Under the pieces are notes generated by a model. It saw only the letters and a program-made list of their open reading frames with translations, made no database searches and was not told the origin of the DNA. A stretch of DNA of 64,000 nucleotides from Opitutia bacterium (GTDB taxonomy: Bacteria > Verrucomicrobiota > Verrucomicrobiia > Opitutales > Opitutaceae), in assembly GCA_947478395.1 (NCBI GenBank), contig CANJVR010000005.1, positions 64,001 to 128,000 of the forward strand. Direction: 5' to 3'. Position numbers and translations under genes: made by a program. Below are positions 1-9,790 of the stretch, in pieces (position 1 is the first letter of the stretch; every line of letters begins with the position of its first letter).

Positions 1-604
1 GCATGTGGGTGTCGACCGTGCGACTGTCGATGGGGTTTTCGTAACCCCAGACATCCTGCAACAACCGGTCGCGCGATTGCACGCGGCCGCGGCGGCGGAC
101 AAGAATTTCAAGGAGCTTGAACTCGGTTGCCGTCAAAACGAGAGGCTGGCCTGACAGGCTCACCTCATGCCGCGGCACGTCGATGTCGAGTTCGCCCAGA
201 CGCAAGCGCGATCCAACTTCCTCGGAGGCCGCCTGACTGCGCGAGAGTAATTTCTTGATCCGCAGCACGAGTTCACGCGGGCTAAACGGTTTCGTGACGT
301 AGTCGTCGGCGCCAAGTTCGAGGCCCAACACGCGATCCATCTCGGCGGCGCGAGCCGTCAGCATGATAACGGGAATCGACGCGGTGCCTGAATCGCGCCG
401 GAGGATTTTGCACACCTCGAGTCCGTCGACCTCCGGGAGCATCAGGTCGAGTACGATCAGAGCCGGACGCTCATCGCGCGCGATGGCGATGGCGCGCGCG
501 CCGTCCTTCGCGAAGAGGGGCACATAGCCGGCTTCGCGCAGCTTGAAGCCGAGGACTTCGAGCGCGTCCGGCTCGTCGTCAACGATGAGGATTTTCGACT
601 TCAT
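1..604 (-). CDS. phoB: PhoB/OmpR-family response regulator (3' end runs off the window)
   Basis: Not in the ORF track; hand translation from ATG at 604 gives MKSKILIVDDEPDALEVL...LIVLDLMLPEVDG...GADDYVTKPFSPREL...LTATEFKLL...VWGYENPIDSRTVDTHM (receiver plus winged helix). Overlaps the phoU end by 26 nt. Confidence 0.9.
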   Translation of the reverse strand, partial: MKSKILIVDDEPDALEVLGFKLREAGYVPLFAKDGARAIAIARDERPALIVLDLMLPEVDGLEVCKILRRDSGTASIPVIMLTARAAEMDRVLGLELGADDYVTKPFSPRELVLRIKKLLSRSQAASEEVGSRLRLGELDIDVPRHEVSLSGQPLVLTATEFKLLEILVRRRGRVQSRDRLLQDVWGYENPIDSRTVDTHM

Positions 605-1259
605 GGGATTTGGCAGCGGTGTGGCGAATATCCTTCGCCTCGTACAAATAGACGACTTCCTCGGCGATGTTCGTCGCGTGATCGGCGATACGCTCGAGGC
701 TCTTGGAAATCACCATCAGGTTAAGGCAGCGGGAAATGTTGGAAGGGCGCTCGACCATGTAACTCGAAAGCTCGCGGTGGAGCTGGCGGTTGAGGTTGTC
801 GACTTCCGTGTCCCGCGGCACCACGGCCCGAGCGCGCTCGGGATCGCGGTTGATGAAAGCGGTGATGCCTTCGCGCAACATCTCGAGGGCCATCGTGGCC
901 ATGCGCGGCAGATCGACGTAAGGTTTGAGCTGCGGCTCCGCGCCGAGCTCGATAGCGCGGCGGGTAATGGTCACGGCTTCGTCGCCGACGCGCTCGAGGT
1001 TCTGGGAAATTTTCATCGCGACGGTGATGAGACGGAGTTCGGTCGCGAGCGGGGCCTTCGTGAGGAGATGGATGGCCGTGTCATCGATCTCGACTTCGAA
1101 CTGGTCGAGAATCGCATCGTCCTGTTGCACCTGACGGGCCAGCGCATCATCGCGCTCGACCAAGGATCGCATCGCACGGGCCACGGCCGACTCGGCGTGG
1201 CTCGACATCGCCAAAAGACTTTCCTTCAGGCGCGTCATTTCTTCGGAGTAGTGGGTCAT
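579..1259 (-). CDS. phoU: Phosphate signalling protein PhoU
   Basis: Two PhoU repeats (LERVGDEA, LERIADHATNIAEEV); downstream of pstB. Confidence 0.96.
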   Translation of the reverse strand: MTHYSEEMTRLKESLLAMSSHAESAVARAMRSLVERDDALARQVQQDDAILDQFEVEIDDTAIHLLTKAPLATELRLITVAMKISQNLERVGDEAVTITRRAIELGAEPQLKPYVDLPRMATMALEMLREGITAFINRDPERARAVVPRDTEVDNLNRQLHRELSSYMVERPSNISRCLNLMVISKSLERIADHATNIAEEVVYLYEAKDIRHTAAKSHEVENPHR

Positions 1260-1369
1260 TGGTGAAAAGAAGTATGAAGTAACACGGATCCGCTATCAGT
1301 AAGGGATCAGTTCGAATGAGAAGGGTTCTCGGCCCTTACCACTTGTCACTTGAAACTTACCGCAGTGTT

Positions 1370-2260
1370 TTAGCCAAACCGCCCCGAGACGTAGGCCTCA
1401 GTCTGTGGATTGGCGGGATTCATGAAGATATTTCGCGTATCGGCGTATTCGATGAGTTTGCCGATGTAGAAAAACGCCGTTTTGTCAGAGCAGCGCGCGG
1501 CCTGCTGCATGTTGTGCGTCACGATCACGATGGTAAATTTCGTCCGCAGTTCCTGAATCAATTCCTCCACCTTCGCCGTGGCGATGGGATCGAGCGCCGA
1601 ACACGGCTCATCCATCAGGATGATCTCCGGCTCCACCGCAATGGCCCGAGCGATGCAGAGGCGCTGTTGCTGTCCGCCGGAGAGGCCAAGACCGGAAGTG
1701 TGCAACCGGTCCTTCACTTCCTCCCAGAGCGCGGCGCCGCGCAGGGATTTTTCGACGACCGCGTCGAGATCCGACTTGCTGTTACGACCCTGCAAGCGAA
1801 GTCCGTAGGTGATGTTTTCGTAGATCGATTTCGGGAATGGATTTGATTTCTGAAACACCATGCCGACGCGTTTGCGTAGCTCGATCACGTCGACACTCCG
1901 GTCGTAGATATCAATCCCACGGATCTTGATCGAGCCCTGCGCGACGCGCGTGCCCTCGATCAGGTCGTTCATGCGGTTGAGACAGCGGAGCAAGGTGGAC
2001 TTTCCGCAGCCGGATGGGCCGATAAAAGCCGTCACCTTTTTGTGCTCAATCTTGAGGCTGATATCATGGAGGGCCTGCGAGGCCCCGTAGAAAAAATCGA
2101 CGTGGTCGATGTCGATCAAGGTTTCGCCGACCAACGCTTCCCGCGCAGCAGGGGCCGACGCGACCGGGGCGGGCGCAACGGTGGAGCGGGCGGCGGGCGG
2201 CAGCGTGGATGTCCTGATATCCATTTTAGAAGAAGTGGCGGTCATTGACGGCGGAGGCAA
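1370..2260 (-). CDS. pstB: Phosphate ABC transporter ATPase PstB (true start may be 2245 or 2224)
   Basis: GPSGCGKST Walker [33 protein letters not shown], ends in YVSGRFG. Confidence 0.97.
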   Translation of the reverse strand: MPPPSMTATSSKMDIRTSTLPPAARSTVAPAPVASAPAAREALVGETLIDIDHVDFFYGASQALHDISLKIEHKKVTAFIGPSGCGKSTLLRCLNRMNDLIEGTRVAQGSIKIRGIDIYDRSVDVIELRKRVGMVFQKSNPFPKSIYENITYGLRLQGRNSKSDLDAVVEKSLRGAALWEEVKDRLHTSGLGLSGGQQQRLCIARAIAVEPEIILMDEPCSALDPIATAKVEELIQELRTKFTIVIVTHNMQQAARCSDKTAFFYIGKLIEYADTRNIFMNPANPQTEAYVSGRFG

Positions 2261-2269
2261 CCCGGGCGG

Positions 2270-3322
2270 TCACCATTTGTAGCGATTGCGAAGCTGGTTG
2301 CGGAGCACGATGGAGGCGGTGGCGATGAGCGCGACGATCATCAAAAAGACAAACGCGGTCCCGTATTGGACGCGCTCCGTGTACTCGTTCTGCGGGATCT
2401 TCGAGCTCACGACGTAAATGTGGTAAGGCAGCGCCATCACGCCCTGGAAAAAGAAATCGTTCACTGAGGTGAGGCCTTCCCACGGCAGTTTGTCCCGCAC
2501 CACGTAGGCGGCGGTGAACATGATCGGTGCCGTCTCGCCGGCGACGCGTGCGATGCCAAGAATGGACGACGTGAGGATGCCGGGCAATGCGTAGGGCAGG
2601 ACGTTCTTGCGGATCGTCTGCCACTTGGTCGCGCCAAGGGCGAGCGAACCCTCCCGAAACCCCTTGGGCACCGCCTTGAGTGATTCCTCCGAGGCGGTGA
2701 TCACCACGGGCAGGACCATGAACGCGAGCGTGAACCAGCCGGCGAGGAGCGAGACGTTCCAGCCAAAGAAAATCACGAACATGCCGAAACCGAAAAGCCC
2801 GAAGACGATTGAGGGCACCCCCGCGAGGTTGAGAATCGCCAGGCGGATGAACCGGATGAATTTTCCGTCACGGGCGTATTCGCTCAGGTAGATCGCCGCG
2901 GCCACGCCCAGGAGCAACGCGATCGTCATCGAGCCAATCACCAACAGCACGGTGCCAACGATCGCCGGAAAAATACCGCCCGCCGAGTAGACGTAGCTCT
3001 CGGATTTCACCGTGGCGACCGCCGGGTTACGCTCGAGGAAGGCACGGTAGTCCCGATCGCCGAGCTCCATTTTCTTGCCTTCGTATTCAAACACGTGGAG
3101 CGATTCGGGGGCCGAAGTCAGGAACGTGGTGTTGATGAACGGGGCTTCCTTTTTGAACAGGATCGGAGCGCCGCGGAACACGATCGTGAAAAGCACCGCG
3201 GCGCCGCACAGCAGCACAAAGTAAGTCGCGCCGCGGAACAGCCAGAACAGCACGCGCTCCCAGCTCCGGGCCGCGGACGGCTTGGTCACAAAATCGTGGG
3301 CGGTCGAAGTGGCGGGATTCAT
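2270..3322 (-). CDS. pstA: Phosphate ABC transporter permease PstA
   Basis: [37 protein letters not shown]; start taken at MNPATST. Confidence 0.95.
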   Translation of the reverse strand: MNPATSTAHDFVTKPSAARSWERVLFWLFRGATYFVLLCGAAVLFTIVFRGAPILFKKEAPFINTTFLTSAPESLHVFEYEGKKMELGDRDYRAFLERNPAVATVKSESYVYSAGGIFPAIVGTVLLVIGSMTIALLLGVAAAIYLSEYARDGKFIRFIRLAILNLAGVPSIVFGLFGFGMFVIFFGWNVSLLAGWFTLAFMVLPVVITASEESLKAVPKGFREGSLALGATKWQTIRKNVLPYALPGILTSSILGIARVAGETAPIMFTAAYVVRDKLPWEGLTSVNDFFFQGVMALPYHIYVVSSKIPQNEYTERVQYGTAFVFLMIVALIATASIVLRNQLRNRYKW

Positions 3323-3326
3323 GTGC

Positions 3327-4928
3327 TCAGCCGATGGAAATACGATAGCGACGCACCACACCCTGCGCGACGTAGTTGATGCCGAGCGAAAGGAAGAACA
3401 ACGCGATCCCGATCATGAACAGCGCGCGGTAGTGAATGCTGCCCTGCACCACTTCGCCCATTTCCTGTGCGATGATGCCGGTCATCGTGTGGACCGGCTG
3501 CGTGACGACGGCGAGTCCCGCCGTGAAATCGGGAATCGCGATCCGGTTGCCGGCGCAAAGCAGCACGACCATCGTTTCGCCGATCACCCGCCCGAGCCCT
3601 AGCAGAATAGCGGAAATAATGCCGGACAGCGACGCCGGCACGATGATCTTGATCACCGTCTGCAGCCGGGTCGCACCGAGGGCATACGAAGCTTCCTTGA
3701 ACGCCCGCGGCACGTTGTTCAGCGCGTCCTCCGCCAGTGTGAAAATCGTCGGGACCGCGAGCAGCGCGAGCAGGCAGCCCGCGGTGAGAATGTTCAGGCG
3801 CTCCGAATAGGGAAAGCCGGGGATCCAGGACAGCCACGAGATTTGGGACGCCGCGCGCAGACCCTGCCCGAGCACCGCAATTCCGAAAAATCCGAGCACG
3901 ACCGATGGAAACGCGGAAATGAACTCAATGGAGGGCTTGATAAAACTTTGCTCCGACTTCGAAGCGATCTGGTTCACATATATCGCCGCCCCCACCCCGA
4001 GCGGCACGGCAATGAGCAAAGCCACGCACGACACCATCAGCGAGCCGACAAAAAGCGGGAGGATGCCGTACCAGTCCTGCCAGGAACTCGCCGTCTGCCA
4101 TTCACGGCCAAGGAAGAATCCGGCGACTGACTGCCGCATCGGGACCTCCCGGCGGAAATCCCAGTCCGTGAGATCTCTCTCCACCGCGGAAAAGGTCTTC
4201 ACGTAGTCGCGGGTCAGCTCTTTGAACCGATCCATCCGCGCCCCTAATCCTGGCCCGGACAGCGAGGGCGCAGCTGCGAGGACCTCGTTCAGCTTGGCCG
4301 CGAACTCGGTGTTCAGCGCTTTAAACGCCGGCAGAGTTCCGACGATCGGCTTTAATTCCTCTGCGAAATTGACGGCCTGAATGGCCACTTTGCCCGCGTC
4401 ACTAGCCCGGTTTTGCGCGAGCAATTGGAGGCTCTCCTGCACCTTGTTCTCGTTGTTGGCGAATTTCTCTTTGATGGCGGTCGCGAGTTCCGTGAGCTCT
4501 GAAAGCAGGCGGCGAACCGGCACCACCGCTCCGTCATACTGTTCCGCAAAAGTATCGAAGCCCGCCAACGCGGCATTCGCGTCCTCGGCGGAAAGCTTCT
4601 TCTCGGCCGTCAGATAAACATATTGCCGCAACCGGATGTCGGACAAATAGCGCGTGAGCGCCATGTGGTCCTTCACCTCGGCGCGAATGAAGTCCACGTA
4701 TTCCAGGCCCGCCTGACGGTAGACGAGAATGTTCTGCCGGTTCTGCCCGAAAAACCCGGCGCCTTCGCGAAACAAGAAATAGGTGATCAGGGCGAGCACC
4801 ACAATTGAGATCACCGCGTTGCCGCCGAAAAAAACCTTGATGCAGTCGTCCAGCGTGAGGCCGAAGAGTTTGATTTTGCTCTTGTTCGCTAGAAAATGAG
4901 CCGGCGCGGCGGAGTCCGGTTTATTCAT
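3327..4928 (-). CDS. pstC: Phosphate ABC transporter permease PstC with a long extracytoplasmic insertion
   Basis: [39 protein letters not shown]; about 220 hydrophilic residues after the first TM helix. Confidence 0.95.
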   Translation of the reverse strand: MNKPDSAAPAHFLANKSKIKLFGLTLDDCIKVFFGGNAVISIVVLALITYFLFREGAGFFGQNRQNILVYRQAGLEYVDFIRAEVKDHMALTRYLSDIRLRQYVYLTAEKKLSAEDANAALAGFDTFAEQYDGAVVPVRRLLSELTELATAIKEKFANNENKVQESLQLLAQNRASDAGKVAIQAVNFAEELKPIVGTLPAFKALNTEFAAKLNEVLAAAPSLSGPGLGARMDRFKELTRDYVKTFSAVERDLTDWDFRREVPMRQSVAGFFLGREWQTASSWQDWYGILPLFVGSLMVSCVALLIAVPLGVGAAIYVNQIASKSEQSFIKPSIEFISAFPSVVLGFFGIAVLGQGLRAASQISWLSWIPGFPYSERLNILTAGCLLALLAVPTIFTLAEDALNNVPRAFKEASYALGATRLQTVIKIIVPASLSGIISAILLGLGRVIGETMVVLLCAGNRIAIPDFTAGLAVVTQPVHTMTGIIAQEMGEVVQGSIHYRALFMIGIALFFLSLGINYVAQGVVRRYRISIG

Positions 4929-4955
4929 CGTGCGAAGGGAGCCAGATTATTGAAG

Positions 4956-4990
4956 AAAAAGCCCGCCGACGTTCGGTCAAGCGGGCTCTT
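4956..4990 (-). terminator. Stem-loop with U tract between pstS and pstC (partial terminator or mRNA-stabilising hairpin)
   Basis: Minus strand: GCCCGC-loop-GCGGGC followed by TTTTT. Confidence 0.6.
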
Positions 4991-5016
4991 TCCAGGTGAG
5001 ATCGTGGTGACGAGCG

Positions 5017-5844
5017 TTATTCCGTCTTCGCCGTGACCGGCGCGACCATTCCGATGCTTTCGCTTTCGACAATCTTCTTCCCTTCGTCGCTCAGGGTGAA
5101 ATCGATGAACTTCTTGGCTTCACCGGTCGCTTCGCCGTTCGTGTAAAAGAAGGTTGGGCGGGCGAAGGCATATTTCTTCGTGAGCACGGTTTCCTTGCTC
5201 GGCATCACACCGTCGACGGACAACACCTTAATGCCGGCCTCGCGAATGTAAGCGAGTCCCACATAGCCGACGCCGGCCGGATTCTTGGCGACCTCGGACA
5301 CGATCTGCTCGTTGCCGGCCATCTTTTGCGACGACGAGGCGTAATCGATGCCGTTCATCGCCAGGGTGCGGAAGTCCGCGTAGGTGCCCGACGAGGTGTT
5401 ACGGGTGTAGATGGAGATCTTGCCGGCGCTGCCGCCCACTGCCGACCAATCGGTCACGCCACCCGAGAAAATCTTCTCGATCTGGGTCTTGGTCAATTTG
5501 GCGATCGGGTTGGCCGCATTGACGATGATCGCGATCCCGTCGTGGGCCACGATGATTGGCTTCAAGGTCACGCCCTTGGCCGAGGCCGCGGACACCTCGG
5601 TGGCTTTTGCACGCCGGGACGACATGCCGATCTGAGCGGTGCCATCGGTGATGGCGGCGATGCCCGTGGTCGAGCCTTCCGCGGCGATCTCAAAAGAGAC
5701 GCCTGGATTCTTCGCGACATAGGCTTCCTTGAGCAGGGGAACGAGTTTTGCGCCGAGGGTATCGGAGCCCTTGATCACGAGCTTTTGAGCGTGAGCGGCG
5801 GTGGCAAATGCGAGCGCCGCGATGATGAGAATAGATTTTTTCAT
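5017..5844 (-). CDS. pstS: Phosphate-binding protein PstS
   Basis: Signal peptide, IKGSDT, GSTTGI, IGMSSR, RNTSSGT motifs. Confidence 0.95.
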   Translation of the reverse strand: MKKSILIIAALAFATAAHAQKLVIKGSDTLGAKLVPLLKEAYVAKNPGVSFEIAAEGSTTGIAAITDGTAQIGMSSRRAKATEVSAASAKGVTLKPIIVAHDGIAIIVNAANPIAKLTKTQIEKIFSGGVTDWSAVGGSAGKISIYTRNTSSGTYADFRTLAMNGIDYASSSQKMAGNEQIVSEVAKNPAGVGYVGLAYIREAGIKVLSVDGVMPSKETVLTKKYAFARPTFFYTNGEATGEAKKFIDFTLSDEGKKIVESESIGMVAPVTAKTE

Positions 5845-5880
5845 GGTGAATGAAGATTGAGTGCGAAGGAGAGGAACGGA

Positions 5881-7194
5881 TTAGAATTTTACGACGAGAT
5901 CGACCAACAGTTCATGGGAACGGTTCATATTTCCGAGTGAGAACGCCATGTTCTTCTGGATGATTTTCGTGTCGAAATAGGTGACGTTGAAGTTGGCGAA
6001 GTCCGTCAGGTTGTAGCTGAGCGCGAGCTTGAAGCCCTTCTGGTTGAGTTTGCTGAAGCCCCAGTCGGAATCGTTGATATTGGGGTCTTCGGCGCCGATG
6101 CCGACTTCGCGGTAGTCGAGCTTGGCGCTATAGTCACCCTGGACTTTCCCGGTGCCGTAGCTGTAGCCCACGCCGCCAAGCCAAGCGGTCGCGCCCTTGC
6201 TGAATGACGCCGGATTCAGGCCGTAAACTTTGTACACCCGAGTCTCGGCTTCCGTGTTGTAGGAAGAATCCCAGTAGAATTTCAGGGCCGAACCCGGGCC
6301 GTTCAGGTTAGCCAGGTTCACTTCGCCCGCGAACGTGAAATAATTCTGCGCCCGCACCGAACCGACGTAAGCCGCGGAATTGAGCGGTGTCGCGGTGATG
6401 GTAGATTGGTTGTACGCCGAGTAACCGGGAGCGATGATCACGCTGCTGAGATTCTCCGGGCCGAACCACTTCGTGTAAACGGCCTGTTGTTCGAACAACC
6501 ATGTGTCGCGACCGGCCGGGCCAGGGGTGGCTTCGGAGCGATCTTCCATGGCGTGCTGCATCGCGCGGATTTCAAACGTGTCCTTCGCGCCGATGAAATA
6601 CTTGTAGATCTCGCTGATGCCTTGCGGACTGATGTCGGCGTCCCAGCGCATTTCGGTCGTGTAGAACGGATTCTTCTGCTTTCCGAGCACGAAGGCCCAG
6701 TTCAGATTCGGCTGCCAGCCCACGTAAGCGCGGGCGAGGAAAACGCCGTAATCATCGGCCGTGGTGACAAAAGTTTGATTGGCGGAATCGTTCGACTGAC
6801 CGCTCTCAAGCGCAAAGCCAGCGTTCCAACCTTTTTGGAGCAGCACGTCACCGTTGAAACGGAAACGGAAGCGCTGACGTGAGGTTTCGTTCACGAGCGT
6901 CGCCGCGCCAGCCGCGGTCTCAGGGACCTGGGCATTGTTTTCGTAGCGAATGCGCATGTCGCCCGAGAGCTTCAACTCAACGAGCGAAGAACTCAGGTTC
7001 ATCTTTCCCGCGGAGGTGTTGGTGGCAAAGTCCTTCGTCAGCTCGGCGCGGAGGTCTTCCGACTCCTGATCGGTGACGAGGCCCTTTTTCACGAGCAGAT
7101 TGAGGAGAGCGCCGCTATCCTGCGCGACAAGAGAGCCGGCGGACAGAACAACGCCGCCGAGAGCGGCGAGCCAGAGAGATTTCTTGAACAACAT
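5881..7194 (-). CDS. Putative outer-membrane porin, first gene of the pst operon
   Basis: Signal peptide, N-terminal LLNLLVKKGLVT helix, SGDMRIRYE, alternating beta strands, C-terminal Phe (DLVVKF). Confidence 0.8.
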   Translation of the reverse strand: MLFKKSLWLAALGGVVLSAGSLVAQDSGALLNLLVKKGLVTDQESEDLRAELTKDFATNTSAGKMNLSSSLVELKLSGDMRIRYENNAQVPETAAGAATLVNETSRQRFRFRFNGDVLLQKGWNAGFALESGQSNDSANQTFVTTADDYGVFLARAYVGWQPNLNWAFVLGKQKNPFYTTEMRWDADISPQGISEIYKYFIGAKDTFEIRAMQHAMEDRSEATPGPAGRDTWLFEQQAVYTKWFGPENLSSVIIAPGYSAYNQSTITATPLNSAAYVGSVRAQNYFTFAGEVNLANLNGPGSALKFYWDSSYNTEAETRVYKVYGLNPASFSKGATAWLGGVGYSYGTGKVQGDYSAKLDYREVGIGAEDPNINDSDWGFSKLNQKGFKLALSYNLTDFANFNVTYFDTKIIQKNMAFSLGNMNRSHELLVDLVVKF

Positions 7195-7233
7195 GATGGT
7201 CTGGATTGGAGGTTGGTTGGTTAAAACTCCGTC

Positions 7234-7278
7234 AGACTACGCCACGATTGTTACAAACACATGGCGGCCTTGTGACAA
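7234..7278 (-). promoter_or_regulatory. Triple Pho box plus -10 element for the porin-pst-phoU-phoB operon
   Basis: Minus strand TTGTCAC (7278-7272), CCGCCAT (7267-7261), TTGTAAC (7256-7250) at exact 11-bp periodicity, then 10 bp, then TAGTCT (7239-7234). Confidence 0.8.
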
Positions 7279-7392
7279 ACCAGCAAAACGGCCGCGCTCG
7301 ACCCCTCCAGGGGTCAAATGTACAGGGCCGTTGATCGCCTTCGCGCTTTCGCGCCGGAAATCAATTCAACGCCCAAACCGCAACCCGCCACT

Positions 7393-9168
7393 TCACGCCG
7401 CTGGCTTCTTGCGCTTCTCGACCAGCGCCAGCAACAGGTCGCCCTTGGCCAGGCTACCCACCAGCGTGCCATCGGGCGAAACGACCGGCAGGCGCTCCGC
7501 TTCGAAATTAAGAAAGCCACCCAGCGCGTCGCTCAACGAAGCCGTTGGCATGACCCGGGGAAAATCTTCGCGCAAAATATCCTTCGCGATCACCAGCTCG
7601 GCGAGTTCGGCTTCACCGAGGTAGGGTTTGATGTCGTGCAACGATACCGCGCCCAGAAAACGCCCGACGCCGTCGGTCACATAGAGATTGTTGACGCGCA
7701 GCGAAAGAAACAGCCCGGCAATCTCCGCAAACCGCGCGCCCGCGGGCAGCGTGGGCGGTTTGCTCTTCATGAGCTCCGCGACCGAGCCCACCTCGAAGGC
7801 CCCGCCGCCGGGCGTCTCCGCCGCCTTGCGCTTCAGCGCCTCACTGTAAAGCGAACGATCCTCGAAGCCCTTCGCCGTGTAGTACGCAATCACACTGCAC
7901 AGCATCAGGGGCAGGATGATGTCGTAGCTCAGCGTCATTTCGAACAGCATAATAACCGCCATCACGGGCGCGCGGCTCGCCGCCGAGAGAAAGGCTCCCA
8001 TCCCCACCAAGGCGAACGCGCCGGGATTCGGCGCCGCCGCCGGCCAAATCGCATGGACGCCCGTGCCAAAAAGATAACCCACACTCGCGCCCATAAACAA
8101 CGACGGCGTGAACACCCCGCCCGGTGCACCGGATCCGAACGAGGCCGCCGTCGCGAGCCACTTGCAGGCAAAGATCACGAGGAGCGCACTCCACACGATG
8201 TGCCCGTTGAGGATGTTAACGACCACCGAGTAACCGTTCCCCGTAACTTCGGGCACCTTGATCGCAAGCGCACCAACGACGAGTCCACCGAGTGTGAGCC
8301 GCGCGATCAAAGGCAGCTTCGTGGCCACGAAAAATTTTTCCGCCTGCCGCAACGACCGCAGAAACCACGGCGCCGCCACGCCCGCGATCAATCCCAGAGC
8401 CACGTAGGGCAACATCTCCCACGGTGAATTCAGTTTGAACGCCGGTACTTTGTAGAGCTGCGCCTCACTCGTCAGCACGCGCACCGTCAGCGCCGCCGCG
8501 ACCGCCGCCACCGCGAGCGGTCCCAAACTTTCCATCGCGATCGTACCGAGAATAATTTCCGCAACGAAGAAAGATCCCGCGATCGGGGCATTGTAGGCCG
8601 ATGCGATCCCCGCCGCCGCTCCGCAAGCGACCAGCAGCCGCAACTGCGGCGGCGTGAACTGCCGCCAGCGCCCGATGAATGACGCCATTACAGCGGAAAG
8701 CTGAACCATCGGACCTTCGCGACCGATCGACCCGCCCGAACCAATCGAGAAAAGTGCCGCCGTGCTTTTCACCAGACTCGCGCGAATCGGCAGATGGCCC
8801 GAGCCGATCACGATCGCCTCCATGTAGTCCGTCGAACTCTGCCCGCGCGCGATGCGTTGCCCAAGCAGGAGCACCAGGCCCGCCAGCAGTCCGCCCGCCG
8901 CCGGCAGCGCGAGCACCGCCCACCACGGCAATTGTCGCATCGACTCCACGACGCCCGCACTGGATCCGCTCAGCAAATCGTGCACGCCTTCCGCCAGACC
9001 CTGAAAAACCAGCGAGACCAAGGCACCGAGTCCTCCCACAAACGCGGCCCACAGCAGCGTGATTTGCCACTCGGTCGGCTGGAGTTTTTCCTGGATCCAC
9101 ACGCGCCAGCGCAACAATCGCAGCAGGCGCTCCACCAGGAGCTTCGCGGGATCCGTCACCGCGTTCAT
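7393..9168 (-). CDS. clcB: ClcB-like chloride channel/transporter with C-terminal CBS pair
   Basis: DYMEA, GSIGREGPMVQ, YNAPIAG, GGVFTP motifs; two CBS domains. Confidence 0.9.
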   Translation of the reverse strand: MNAVTDPAKLLVERLLRLLRWRVWIQEKLQPTEWQITLLWAAFVGGLGALVSLVFQGLAEGVHDLLSGSSAGVVESMRQLPWWAVLALPAAGGLLAGLVLLLGQRIARGQSSTDYMEAIVIGSGHLPIRASLVKSTAALFSIGSGGSIGREGPMVQLSAVMASFIGRWRQFTPPQLRLLVACGAAAGIASAYNAPIAGSFFVAEIILGTIAMESLGPLAVAAVAAALTVRVLTSEAQLYKVPAFKLNSPWEMLPYVALGLIAGVAAPWFLRSLRQAEKFFVATKLPLIARLTLGGLVVGALAIKVPEVTGNGYSVVVNILNGHIVWSALLVIFACKWLATAASFGSGAPGGVFTPSLFMGASVGYLFGTGVHAIWPAAAPNPGAFALVGMGAFLSAASRAPVMAVIMLFEMTLSYDIILPLMLCSVIAYYTAKGFEDRSLYSEALKRKAAETPGGGAFEVGSVAELMKSKPPTLPAGARFAEIAGLFLSLRVNNLYVTDGVGRFLGAVSLHDIKPYLGEAELAELVIAKDILREDFPRVMPTASLSDALGGFLNFEAERLPVVSPDGTLVGSLAKGDLLLALVEKRKKPAA

Positions 9169-9626
9169 CGCTGGAGCGCCCGCGCCAGGATGGCGCGAAA
9201 TTCATCTTCCGCGGGCGCCGCCAACAACGCCGCGCGCGTCTCCTTATTCTTTAACAAACGCGAAAGCGCCGCCACCAATTGCAAATACTCCCCAACCGCC
9301 TCCTTGGGCGTACCGACCAGGAACACCAGCCGCACCTTCGGATGCGCCGGATCAAAGGCCACGGGCGCCGCCGTCCGCGCCACCGCGAGCACAATCCGGT
9401 CAACCGCCAGGGTGCGCGCATGCGGAAGCGCCACCTCATCCGCGATGCAAACCGACGCGAGCGCCGCCCGTTCCAGCAAGTCCCGCAAAAATTGGTCGGC
9501 GTTCTTCACGTCCGGGGTCGCGGCGCGCAGCCGGTGGTGCAAGGCGCGAATGGCCTCATCCCCGCTCACCACGTCGAGGTCGAGAACCAGCACGTCCGGC
9601 GAAGCGATAAGTTCGGGCAACGACAT
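9165..9626 (-). CDS. PTS IIA domain protein (Fru/Mtl/Ntr type)
   Basis: VALPHAR phospho-His motif, VRLVFLVGTP; ATGA overlap with clcB. Confidence 0.88.
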   Translation of the reverse strand: MSLPELIASPDVLVLDLDVVSGDEAIRALHHRLRAATPDVKNADQFLRDLLERAALASVCIADEVALPHARTLAVDRIVLAVARTAAPVAFDPAHPKVRLVFLVGTPKEAVGEYLQLVAALSRLLKNKETRAALLAAPAEDEFRAILARALQR

Positions 9627-9657
9627 GGCAGCGGGAAAGTAAATGGATGTTAGCATG

Positions 9658-9688
9658 AAACAAGCCCGCGTTCGCCGGGCTTTCGTTT
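9658..9688 (-). terminator. Probable intrinsic terminator downstream of the SNF2 gene
   Basis: AAGCCC-loop-GGGCTT flanked by A/T-rich tails. Confidence 0.45.
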
Positions 9689-9707
9689 CGCTCATCGACC
9701 TTTAAAT

Positions 9708-9780
9708 GGAGGCGGGGTGCCCCACTCCGCTCGGCGTTGCAGAACCAGCGACATCGCGCACGGGGTGAGGTCACCCCGCC
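9708..9780. repeat. Degenerate REP doublet (GGCGGGGTG...CACCCCGCC family)
   Basis: Inverted pair GGCGGGGTGCCCCACTCCG / CGGGGTGAGGTCACCCCGCC; related single copies near 17247, 52418 and 61557. Confidence 0.55.
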
Positions 9781-9790
9781 CAGCTTTAAT

